Below the pieces are notes generated by a model that saw nothing but the letters and a program-made list of their open reading frames with translations, did no database searches and was not told the origin of the DNA. Source: Phycisphaeraceae bacterium (GTDB lineage: Bacteria; Planctomycetota; Phycisphaerae; Phycisphaerales; Phycisphaeraceae). Taken from it: 64,000 bases of DNA. The stretch covers positions 736,001-800,000 of the forward strand of contig OY771506.1 of assembly GCA_963674705.1 (NCBI GenBank), in the 5' to 3' direction. Position numbers and translations under genes: made by a program. Positions 41,803 to 50,207 of the stretch are shown in pieces; the first letter of the stretch is position 1; each line of letters opens with the position of its first letter.

Positions 41803-43455
41803 ATGCAGACAACGTCGTATGAACTGCGGGGGAACGTGGTGGATATCGTCCGCCGAAGGGTTTTTCCCGGGATCGTGGTTATAGAAGATGGCCGGATCAG
41901 CTCGGTCACCGATGATACCGAGGCCGGGCCGCAGACCTGCCAGACCTACCTCATGCCCGGGTTCGTCGATGCCCATATCCACGTCGAGAGTTCGATGCTC
42001 ACGCCCTGCCAGTTCGCCCGCCAGGCGGTGGTCCACGGGACGGTCGCGACGATAAGCGACCCGCACGAGATCGCGAACGTGCTGGGGATCGAAGGTGTAC
42101 GGTTCATGCTGGACGATGCGGCTAATACGCCTTTGAAGATCATGTTCGGCGCGCCGTCGTGCGTGCCGGCGACGGCGTTCGAGTCGGCCGGCGCGACCAT
42201 GGATGCCGCGGCGGTGGCGAAGCTGCTGGACGATCCGCGGATCGGATACTTAAGCGAGGTGATGAACTTCCCGGGCGTGCTGATGGGCGATCGCGAGATG
42301 ATCGCGAAGTTGGACGCCGCGAAACAGCGCGGTAAGCCGATCGACGGCCATGCCCCGGGCTTGCGTGGCGAGCAGGCTGCTGCTTACGTCCGGGCAGGGA
42401 TCAGCACCGATCACGAATGCTATACCAAGGATGAAGCGCTCGACAAACTGGCCGCCGGCGCGTTTATCCAGATCCGAGAAGGCTCAGCAGCTCGCAACTT
42501 CGAGGCGCTGTACACGCTGATCGATGAGTTCCCCGACAAGGTGATGCTTTGCAGTGATGACAAGCATCCCGATGAACTCGTAAACGGCCACATCAACGAG
42601 CTTGCCCGCCGGGCCGTTGCCAAGGGGATGGATCCGATGAACGTGATACGGGCCGGCTGCGCGAATCCGGTGCATCACTATGGTCTGGATGTGGGCTTGC
42701 TACAGCCGGGCGATCCGGCAGACCTGATCGAGGTTGACAGCCTCGAGTCTTTCAATGTGCTGCGTACGTTCATCGATGGCACTTGCGTTGCGGAGCGGGG
42801 TGGGGCTCTACTGCCCGAGCCCGCCGCTATCGAGCCGATCAACCAGTTCAAAGCGGAGCCGGTCAAACCGAGCGACCTGAAACTGAAGAACGGCAGCGGT
42901 AAAGCTCGCGTCATCGGTGCAATGGATGGCCAACTCGTCACCGAATGCCGTATCCTTGATGTTAAACAATCCGCAGACCAGATCATCGCCGATCCTGAAA
43001 AGGATATCCTCAAGATCGCTGTGGTGAACCGCTATTCCAAGTCCGCCCCGGCGGTCGGCCTGATCCAGGGGTTCGGCCTGAAGCGGGGGGCGATCGCGTC
43101 CAGTGTCGCGCATGATTCGCACAACGTCATCGCTGTCGGCACGAACGATCACGACCTTGCCAACGCTATCAACCTCGTCATCGATAACACAGGCGGGCTC
43201 AGCGCGGTCGACGGCTCTGACAAGCAGGTCCTGCCCCTGCCGATCGCCGGACTCATGGCGACGGGGTCGTGCGGTGAAGTCGCCGATGCCTACGCGAAAC
43301 TGGACCGGACCACAAAAGACATGGGCTCGTCCTTGCGTGCACCGTACATGACACTTTCGTTCATGGCGCTACTGGTCATCCCCAGCCTGAAGCTAAGCGA
43401 CAAGGGGCTCTTCGACGGCGAGAACTTCGAATTCACCACGGTGCATGTGGAATAG
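41803..43455 (+). CDS. ade: Adenine deaminase
   Basis: PGFVDAHIHVESS, DPHEIANVLG, EVMNFPGV, DGHAP, TDHEC, REGSAA, SSVAHDSHN. Confidence 0.95.
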   Translation: MQTTSYELRGNVVDIVRRRVFPGIVVIEDGRISSVTDDTEAGPQTCQTYLMPGFVDAHIHVESSMLTPCQFARQAVVHGTVATISDPHEIANVLGIEGVRFMLDDAANTPLKIMFGAPSCVPATAFESAGATMDAAAVAKLLDDPRIGYLSEVMNFPGVLMGDREMIAKLDAAKQRGKPIDGHAPGLRGEQAAAYVRAGISTDHECYTKDEALDKLAAGAFIQIREGSAARNFEALYTLIDEFPDKVMLCSDDKHPDELVNGHINELARRAVAKGMDPMNVIRAGCANPVHHYGLDVGLLQPGDPADLIEVDSLESFNVLRTFIDGTCVAERGGALLPEPAAIEPINQFKAEPVKPSDLKLKNGSGKARVIGAMDGQLVTECRILDVKQSADQIIADPEKDILKIAVVNRYSKSAPAVGLIQGFGLKRGAIASSVAHDSHNVIAVGTNDHDLANAINLVIDNTGGLSAVDGSDKQVLPLPIAGLMATGSCGEVADAYAKLDRTTKDMGSSLRAPYMTLSFMALLVIPSLKLSDKGLFDGENFEFTTVHVE

Positions 43456-43569
43456 CACATGAATGCCTAATGTACAGGCACAAACTTCCACAATTGATCC
43501 ATGGGTTTTTATGGGTCCGGGGCTATAATGCGGGATCAGGCCCAATGTATCCGAAACAATAGATCAGAC

Positions 43570-45045
43570 ATGCTCAAATCCGCTTCCACATCACGCGACC
43601 ACCTGGTGCTGTTTATCAACGGCGAGCGCCATGATGTAGCCGGTGGGGATGCTTTCGCGACGCTATCTGATTACCTGCGTATTCAATCCGGTATGGTCGG
43701 TACGAAGATCGTCTGTTCGGAAGGCGACTGCGGCGCGTGCAGTGTGTTGGTCGGCAAAGTGGATCAAGCAACCGGCCGATTGACGTATCGCGTGATCGAT
43801 TCGTGCATCCAGTTCATGTACCAGCTCGACCGCACGCATATCGTCACCGTCGAAGGGCTCAAACGCAACGGCCTGCTCAGCCCGATCCAGGACGCGATGG
43901 TCAAACATCACGGCTCGCAGTGCGGCTTCTGCACGCCGGGCTTCGTCACGACGATGACGGGCCTGCTTGAAGGTGATGGGCACGACAGGCAATCGCCGCT
44001 ATCACGCGAGGAGTTATCGCACGGCCTATCCGGGAACCTTTGTCGATGCACCGGGTATCTGCAGATCCTCGATGCGGGTTGTGCTGTTGATCCGGGCAAA
44101 ACTGCGCGGCTGTGTGAACTGTATCCCGATGAGCCTATCGCCGAACATTTCGCGGAGCTTGATCAGGATGATGTCCTGGTCCGTGATGCCGAGCGTGTGG
44201 TGGCTATTCCGTCCAGTCTCGACGTTGCGGTTGCTTTCAAAGCTGATCGCCCCCAATGCACGGTCGTGGCCGGTGCTACCGATATCGGCGTACAACACAA
44301 CAAGGGCAAGATCGCTCCGAGCGAAGTGCTTTGCCTGGCGAATGTCGGCGAGATTCAATCGATCGAACGCAACGATGGCCGGCTGACTATCGGAGCGGGG
44401 GCCACATGGTCGCAGATTGAGCGGGAAGTTAAGGAGCTTGTTCCGCCGTTTCATGACATCCTTACGGTGTTCGGCTCGCCACAGATCCGCAATAGCGGGA
44501 CGATCGGCGGTAATATCGCCAACGCCAGCCCGATCGCGGATTCCTTGCCGTTCCTGTTCGTGACTGAAGCCGAATTAGAACTTGTCGGCCCGGCCGGTTC
44601 GCGTCGCGTGAATATCAATGATTTTTATTTGGGGTACAAAAAGTTCGACCTTAAAGCGGACGAACTGATCGCGCGTGTGCATGTTCCGTTGCCAGCCGAT
44701 TCACAAACGCTGAAGCTCTACAAGGTATCTCGACGACGTGACCTGGATATCTCCACGTTTACCGCCGCGATATTGATGGAACAGGACGACTCGACCGCCG
44801 TTATCAAGACTATCCGCATCGCGATGGGCGGCGTAGCACCGGTTGTGCTGCGATTGCCGAAGACAGAAGCGTTTTTGGCCGGCAAACCACCGGCAGAAGA
44901 AGTCTTCCAAGAAGCAGGCCGGCTCGCCCGCACGGAGGTTACCCCAATCTCCGATGTGCGCGGCAGCGCCGACTTCCGCCTGCAATTAGCGGAAAACATC
45001 CTGAGCAAGTTCTATTACGATTGTGTTCAACCGGTAACGAAATAA
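43570..45045 (+). CDS. xdhA: Xanthine dehydrogenase small subunit (2Fe-2S plus FAD)
   Basis: GTKIVCSEGDCGAC, SQCGFCTPGF, GNLCRCTGY, SPQIRNSGTIGGN, YKVSRRRDLDIS. Confidence 0.93.
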   Translation: MLKSASTSRDHLVLFINGERHDVAGGDAFATLSDYLRIQSGMVGTKIVCSEGDCGACSVLVGKVDQATGRLTYRVIDSCIQFMYQLDRTHIVTVEGLKRNGLLSPIQDAMVKHHGSQCGFCTPGFVTTMTGLLEGDGHDRQSPLSREELSHGLSGNLCRCTGYLQILDAGCAVDPGKTARLCELYPDEPIAEHFAELDQDDVLVRDAERVVAIPSSLDVAVAFKADRPQCTVVAGATDIGVQHNKGKIAPSEVLCLANVGEIQSIERNDGRLTIGAGATWSQIEREVKELVPPFHDILTVFGSPQIRNSGTIGGNIANASPIADSLPFLFVTEAELELVGPAGSRRVNINDFYLGYKKFDLKADELIARVHVPLPADSQTLKLYKVSRRRDLDISTFTAAILMEQDDSTAVIKTIRIAMGGVAPVVLRLPKTEAFLAGKPPAEEVFQEAGRLARTEVTPISDVRGSADFRLQLAENILSKFYYDCVQPVTK

Positions 45046-45066
45046 GGACAAACGTTCAGAAGCATC

Positions 45067-47400
45067 ATGCCCAACGTAGGCCAATCCATCCCGCACGACT
45101 CAGGCCCCGGTCACGTCACCGGTGAAGCGCTGTACATCGACGACCTCACGCCGATGGAGGGTGAGTTGTTTGTCGAGTTCGTCGGCTCGCCTGTCGCTTG
45201 TGGCACAGTAAAAACCGTCGACGTTTCCACTGCTAAACAAACACCCGGCGTCGTCGGCATCTTCACCTACAAAGACATCCTCGGCCCAAACCACTTCGGC
45301 GCGATCTTCCACGATGAACCTTTTCTCGTTGAAGACCACATCGATTACGTCGGCCAACCGATCGTACTGATCGCCGCCACCTCGCGTGAAGCCGCCCGCG
45401 AGGCTCGCAAGGCGGTCACCGTTGCGGTCGAAACCGAAACACCTGTTCTCGATATCGATACCGCGATCGAAAAGAATCAATTCCTCGGCCCGGAGCGTCG
45501 TATCGAACGAGGCGACTTCGATAACGCCTGGCAGAACGCCGAAAACACCCTCGAAGGCACGTTTGAATCCAACGGCCAGGAACAGTTCTACCTTGAAAGC
45601 CAGGCGGCAATCGCATATCCCGGCGAGCAAGGCCAACTCACCGTCGAATCCTCCACGCAGAACCCGACGGAAACGCAGGCTGTCATCGCGGAGGTGTTAG
45701 GTCTCGGTATGCACGAGGTGGTCGTACGCTGCAAGCGGATGGGCGGAGCCTTTGGCGGCAAGGAATCACAAGCCGCGATCCCTGCGCTGATGGCGGCGCT
45801 TGTCACACAAAAAACAGGTAAACCCGCGCGCGTCGTCTACACCAAAGACGACGACATGAAGATCACCGGCAAACGCCACCCTTACAAGACGTGGTACAAG
45901 GTCGGCTTCGATTCTGATGGCAAACTCGACGCCATCCAGCTCGACTTTTACTCCGATGGCGGCGCGTTTGCTGATCTATCGACCGGCATCATGGAGCGCA
46001 CGCTTCTTCATGCGGATAACGCGTATTACCTGCCGAACATCAAGATCAAGGGCCGGATCTGCAAGACGAACATCCCGCCGAATACGGCGTTCCGTGGGTT
46101 CGGCGGGCCGCAGGCGATCGCGGTGATCGAGAATATCATCCAGGAAGTCGCCGCGGCGCTGGGCAAAGATGCTTACGAAGTCCGCAAGCTAAACTGCTAC
46201 AGCGAAGCTCCGCACAACACCACGCCCTATGGCCAAGAAGTCAAGAACAACCTCCTGCCGCAGATCTTCGACCAGCTTGCAGAGAGCAGCGACTATAAAG
46301 CACGGCTCGCTGAGGTCGAAGCGTTTAACAAGCAATCGCCGACGCATCTCAAAGGCATTGCCATGACGGCGGTGAAGTTCGGCATCTCCTTCACCACCAA
46401 GTTCCTCAACCAGGGCAACGCGCTGGTGCATGTTTACACCGACGGCACGATCCAGGTTTCCACCGGCGCAACGGAGATGGGCCAGGGTGTCAACACCAAG
46501 ATACGCCAGATCGTCGCCGATGAGTTCGGCCTGTCGATCGAGCGTGTGATGATGATGACGACCTCGACGGAGAAAAATATCAACACCTCCCCCACCGCCG
46601 CCAGCGCGGGGACGGACCTCAACGGCGCCGCGGCCGTAAATGCATGTGCGACAATCAAGAATCGCATGGCCGATTTTGCGGCCGAGTTGTTCACCGAATC
46701 CAACAAAAACCTCGGGCCAAGTCCTGAAGATATCCGCTTCGAAGACGGCTTCGTCTTTGACCGACGCGCAACTGACAACCGCATACCGTTCGGGCAGTTC
46801 ACCAACCAGGCTCGCATGGCTCGCGTCGACCTGGGCGCACGTGGGTTCTACTCAACACCCGGCATCGACTTCGATCGGGAGGCCGGCAAAGGCAATCCAT
46901 TCTTCTACTTCACCACCGGCGCTGCGGTCGCTGAAGTACTCATCGACCGCTTCACGGGCGACCTGCGTGTGACCGGCATCGACATGCTCATGGACATCGG
47001 CCGCATGATCAACCCCGGTATCGATCAAGGCCAAGTCATCGGCGGGTTCGTCCAGGGCATGGGCTGGTGTACGACCGAAAACCTCGTCTATAACGATGAT
47101 GGCGAACTGCTCAGCTACTCGCCGACAACATACAAGATCCCCAACATCACCGACATACCGGAGCGGTTCAACATCGCGTTTATGGATAACAACGCCAACA
47201 CGAAGAACATCCGAAGCTCCAAGGCAGTCGGCGAACCGCCGTTAATGTTGGGCATCGCTGCGTGGGCGGCTGCGAAGCACGCGCTGGGGTGTGTAGCCGG
47301 GAAAAACAAAGTCCCGCTAAAACTTCCGGCGACGAATGAAGAAGTGTTGATGTGTTTGACGAAGATAAAGCAAACCGAACAACACACAATCAACAAGTAA
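45067..47400 (+). CDS. xdhB: Xanthine dehydrogenase molybdopterin-binding subunit
   Basis: QEQFYLE, RMGGAFGGKESQ, TAFRGFGGPQ, KFGISF, EMGQG, SKAVGEPP. Confidence 0.95.
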   Translation: MPNVGQSIPHDSGPGHVTGEALYIDDLTPMEGELFVEFVGSPVACGTVKTVDVSTAKQTPGVVGIFTYKDILGPNHFGAIFHDEPFLVEDHIDYVGQPIVLIAATSREAAREARKAVTVAVETETPVLDIDTAIEKNQFLGPERRIERGDFDNAWQNAENTLEGTFESNGQEQFYLESQAAIAYPGEQGQLTVESSTQNPTETQAVIAEVLGLGMHEVVVRCKRMGGAFGGKESQAAIPALMAALVTQKTGKPARVVYTKDDDMKITGKRHPYKTWYKVGFDSDGKLDAIQLDFYSDGGAFADLSTGIMERTLLHADNAYYLPNIKIKGRICKTNIPPNTAFRGFGGPQAIAVIENIIQEVAAALGKDAYEVRKLNCYSEAPHNTTPYGQEVKNNLLPQIFDQLAESSDYKARLAEVEAFNKQSPTHLKGIAMTAVKFGISFTTKFLNQGNALVHVYTDGTIQVSTGATEMGQGVNTKIRQIVADEFGLSIERVMMMTTSTEKNINTSPTAASAGTDLNGAAAVNACATIKNRMADFAAELFTESNKNLGPSPEDIRFEDGFVFDRRATDNRIPFGQFTNQARMARVDLGARGFYSTPGIDFDREAGKGNPFFYFTTGAAVAEVLIDRFTGDLRVTGIDMLMDIGRMINPGIDQGQVIGGFVQGMGWCTTENLVYNDDGELLSYSPTTYKIPNITDIPERFNIAFMDNNANTKNIRSSKAVGEPPLMLGIAAWAAAKHALGCVAGKNKVPLKLPATNEEVLMCLTKIKQTEQHTINK

Positions 47401-47425
47401 ATCTTCCAGAATATAGATTATGTTC

Positions 47426-47556
47426 CTCCCTTCTCCCCCCGGGAGACCCCGGAATAGGCAAGGATGAGGGCCGGGTTCATTTTGTAACCCGATTCAACAC
47501 CGGCCACGCAAACACATTCGGCCCTCACCCCGGCCCTCTCCCGAGGGGAGAGGGAG
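47426..47556. repeat. Inverted doublet of family A REP-like units (REPIN-like)
   Basis: Degenerate reverse copy at 47426-47472 and intact forward copy at 47520-47556, between xdhB and xdhC. Confidence 0.75.
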
Positions 47557-47607
47557 TAAACCGCCGTATTCACATACTCGTCAATAAACAACTAAAATAC
47601 CCGCATC

Positions 47608-48405
47608 ATGCAAACCACAGAACATATGCAGCGTTACATGGAACTCGCTTCGGCCGGGACGCCGTTTGTCAGCGTCACGATGGTTCAAGCCATTGGCAGC
47701 ACGCCACAGGACGCGGGCAGCAAGATGCTTGTCACAGCCGACGGCCTGTTTCACGGCACGGTCGGCGGCGGACAGGTCGAAGCCAAGGCCATCGAACACG
47801 CGCAAGCGATGCTCGAAAATAAAACCGGCACGCAAGGCCACACCGATCTCGTCGAATGGAACCTGAAAAAAGACGTCGGCATGACCTGCGGCGGCACGGT
47901 CACGCTTTACTTCGAGTCGGTCAATCACAACGTCTGGCCGATCGTCATCTTCGGCGCGGGCCACGTCACCCAGGCGCTGGTCAACCTGTTAACCACACTG
48001 CCCTGCCGAGTCACCTGCATCGACCCGCGCGGAGACTGGCTCGACAAACTGCCCAAGGCGGCCAACATCCAGACAATCCGGACAGACGATCCACCCGCGC
48101 AGGTCGCAACGCTACCCGACGGCGCATTTGTCATCAGCATGACGCGTGGCCATGTCACTGACCTGCCTGTTTTGATCGAAGCCTTCAAGCAAAAACGCAA
48201 GTTCCCCTTCCTCGGCGTGATCGGCAGCAAGTCCAAGGCCGCGATCTTAAGACGCGAACTCACCGAGGCCGGCATCCCCGAAGATCAACAGACGTTCCAA
48301 TGCCCGCTCGGTCTGCCAATCGGCACGAATCATCCCGGTGAAATCGCGATCAGTATCGCGGCGCAGTTGCTGGAAGTGAGAGATAGATTGGCCGCAAAGA
48401 AGTGA
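47608..48405 (+). CDS. xdhC: Xanthine dehydrogenase accessory protein
   Basis: GSTPQDAGSKM, GTVGGG, GMTCGG, FGAGHV, GVIGSKSK, CPLG..PGEIAISIAAQLL. Confidence 0.93.
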   Translation: MQTTEHMQRYMELASAGTPFVSVTMVQAIGSTPQDAGSKMLVTADGLFHGTVGGGQVEAKAIEHAQAMLENKTGTQGHTDLVEWNLKKDVGMTCGGTVTLYFESVNHNVWPIVIFGAGHVTQALVNLLTTLPCRVTCIDPRGDWLDKLPKAANIQTIRTDDPPAQVATLPDGAFVISMTRGHVTDLPVLIEAFKQKRKFPFLGVIGSKSKAAILRRELTEAGIPEDQQTFQCPLGLPIGTNHPGEIAISIAAQLLEVRDRLAAKK

Positions 48406-48411
48406 TTTTTA

Positions 48412-48635
48412 GCCGCGAATAAACGCTAATAGACGCGAATCAAGAAACTGAATCTGCTCCGGTCCCCTCTCCCCCCGGGAGAGGGCTAGGGTGAGGGCCC
48501 GTATCTGCTTAATCATCAGAACTTCAAATAGCACAACAGGCACCAGCCACGAACCACAACAAAAAACCCGACCAAAATGGTCGGGCTATATAGAATCACT
48601 CTTCTCATTCGCGTCTATTAGCGTTCATTTGCGGC
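48412..48635. repeat. 29-bp inverted repeat with 10-nt periodicity enclosing a family A unit and a hairpin
   Basis: GCCGCGAATAAACGCTAATAGACGCGAAT (48412-48440) versus 48607-48635 (27/29 match); family A copy at 48464-48499; CCCGACCA/TGGTCGGG hairpin at about 48567-48585. Confidence 0.8.
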
Positions 48636-48639
48636 ATAA

Positions 48640-49896
48640 CTATTCCTGGCTGTAAACCACTTCCCCATTCACCACTGTTGCTTTCACCCATCGGTCATCG
48701 AAGGCAAACATCACCATACCGAGTGGATTGTGCGCTTCCTGCCAGGGGATGTCGGGGTGGATCACCACCAGGTCCGCCTCCATTGCTTCCTGGATGCGTC
48801 CCGTGTTAGGCCAACCCATCGCATCGGCGTTGCCCGTTGTGATCTGCCACCACGCCTCGGTGGCGCTGGGCACATCTTCCGTCTCGGCGCCCGCGTAGAA
48901 CGTCGCTTCCATCATCGCCTTTGCGACGCGGATCATACTGCGTTCGTAACCGCCGCCGATGTCACTGCCCAATGACAACGTGATGCCTGCATCGCGTAAA
49001 CGCTTGCGATCCATCGTGCCGGAACGCAAAAACGAATTGGCGGTCGGGCAGTGTGCCGCGATGCTGCCTGTCTCGGCAAGCACGGCACGTTCACTATCTG
49101 ATAAGTAAATGCAATGCCCCAGTATCGTGCGCGGCCCGAGCAGGCCGGCCTTTTGGTACACGCTCGTGTAATCGGGGCCGCCGTGCAGTCTGGCGACGGC
49201 TTCCAACTCCGGCTTCATCTCCGCCAAGTGTGTCTGCACATAGGCATCGTGCTCGCGCGCCAGGTCCCCCGCCGCTTTGAGAAGACCTTCGCTGCACGTG
49301 ATCGCAAACCTTGGCGTCACGGCTGTACTCACACGGTTGCCCGTGGCGCGCTGCCCCGGTTCACTCGGCCAAGCGTTCAATAGCGCTTCCGTTTCAGCCA
49401 GACATGCATCCGCGTCGCGCAGCATCGAATCCGGTGCTTGCTGATCGATCAAGACCTGCCCGACCAACGCACGCAAACCCCAGCGGGCACATGCCTGAAG
49501 CGCCCGCCGCGTGGCTTCGTGGTGCACCGTTGCGTAGGCGGCAAAACTCGTCGTGCCGACCGAAACCAGTTGCCCGATGACGCGCTCGGTCATCTCGGCT
49601 GCGTAATCCGCATCTGCCCACTTCGCTTCATTGGGGAACGTGACCTGCTCGAGCCAGTCCAATAACGACATGCCATGCGCACCGATCAGGTCGAACTGTG
49701 GCAGGTGCATATGTGTGTCAATGAAGCCAGGCGAGATCAAGCAGTCCTCACCCCCAAGATCAAATGACGCCGGCATCCCGCTTTCATGAACCTCAACGAT
49801 GCGGCCGCCGTCGGTGCGGATCCAACCGGTTGCGATCCTGACACCGGGTCGCAACCGGGCCGGGTCTGGAAGCAGTAATTTGCCGGCAAGTATCAA
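48640..49896 (-). CDS. guaD: Guanine deaminase
   Basis: PGFIDTHMHLPQ, LLDWL..TFP.E, TPRFAITCS, QTHLAE, HCPTANSFL.SG, GSDIGGG; adjacent to the xdh genes. Confidence 0.9.
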   Translation of the reverse strand: MILAGKLLLPDPARLRPGVRIATGWIRTDGGRIVEVHESGMPASFDLGGEDCLISPGFIDTHMHLPQFDLIGAHGMSLLDWLEQVTFPNEAKWADADYAAEMTERVIGQLVSVGTTSFAAYATVHHEATRRALQACARWGLRALVGQVLIDQQAPDSMLRDADACLAETEALLNAWPSEPGQRATGNRVSTAVTPRFAITCSEGLLKAAGDLAREHDAYVQTHLAEMKPELEAVARLHGGPDYTSVYQKAGLLGPRTILGHCIYLSDSERAVLAETGSIAAHCPTANSFLRSGTMDRKRLRDAGITLSLGSDIGGGYERSMIRVAKAMMEATFYAGAETEDVPSATEAWWQITTGNADAMGWPNTGRIQEAMEADLVVIHPDIPWQEAHNPLGMVMFAFDDRWVKATVVNGEVVYSQE

Positions 49897-50111
49897 TCCA
49901 ATCGCTCCTGATAAGTGAATTCTGGATATCTATCCTAACGGCATTGGGTTAAGGCCAACACCAAATATCTGATAAATTTAAAAACAATCCATCGGCAGAT
50001 GATCCTCGAACAAACCGGCCAGATCCATTCCATGGTTAATATGGGTTAACTCAACAAAACGAATCGTATGCCATTTAAAGGCGTTTATCTGCGTACTAAC
50101 CCCTGCCCACA

Positions 50112-50139
50112 TAAACATCTTAGATATACATGCCGATGA
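50112..50139 (+). promoter_or_regulatory. Putative sigma-28 (FliA/SigD)-type promoter
   Basis: TAAA-N16-GCCGATGA upstream of a c-di-GMP enzyme gene. Confidence 0.35.
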
Positions 50140-50207
50140 TGAACATAATCGGGGTAATATCCGCCGAAAGGTGGAGATTATAGGTCGTTGGGAGCGTGTG
50201 AGGGCCG

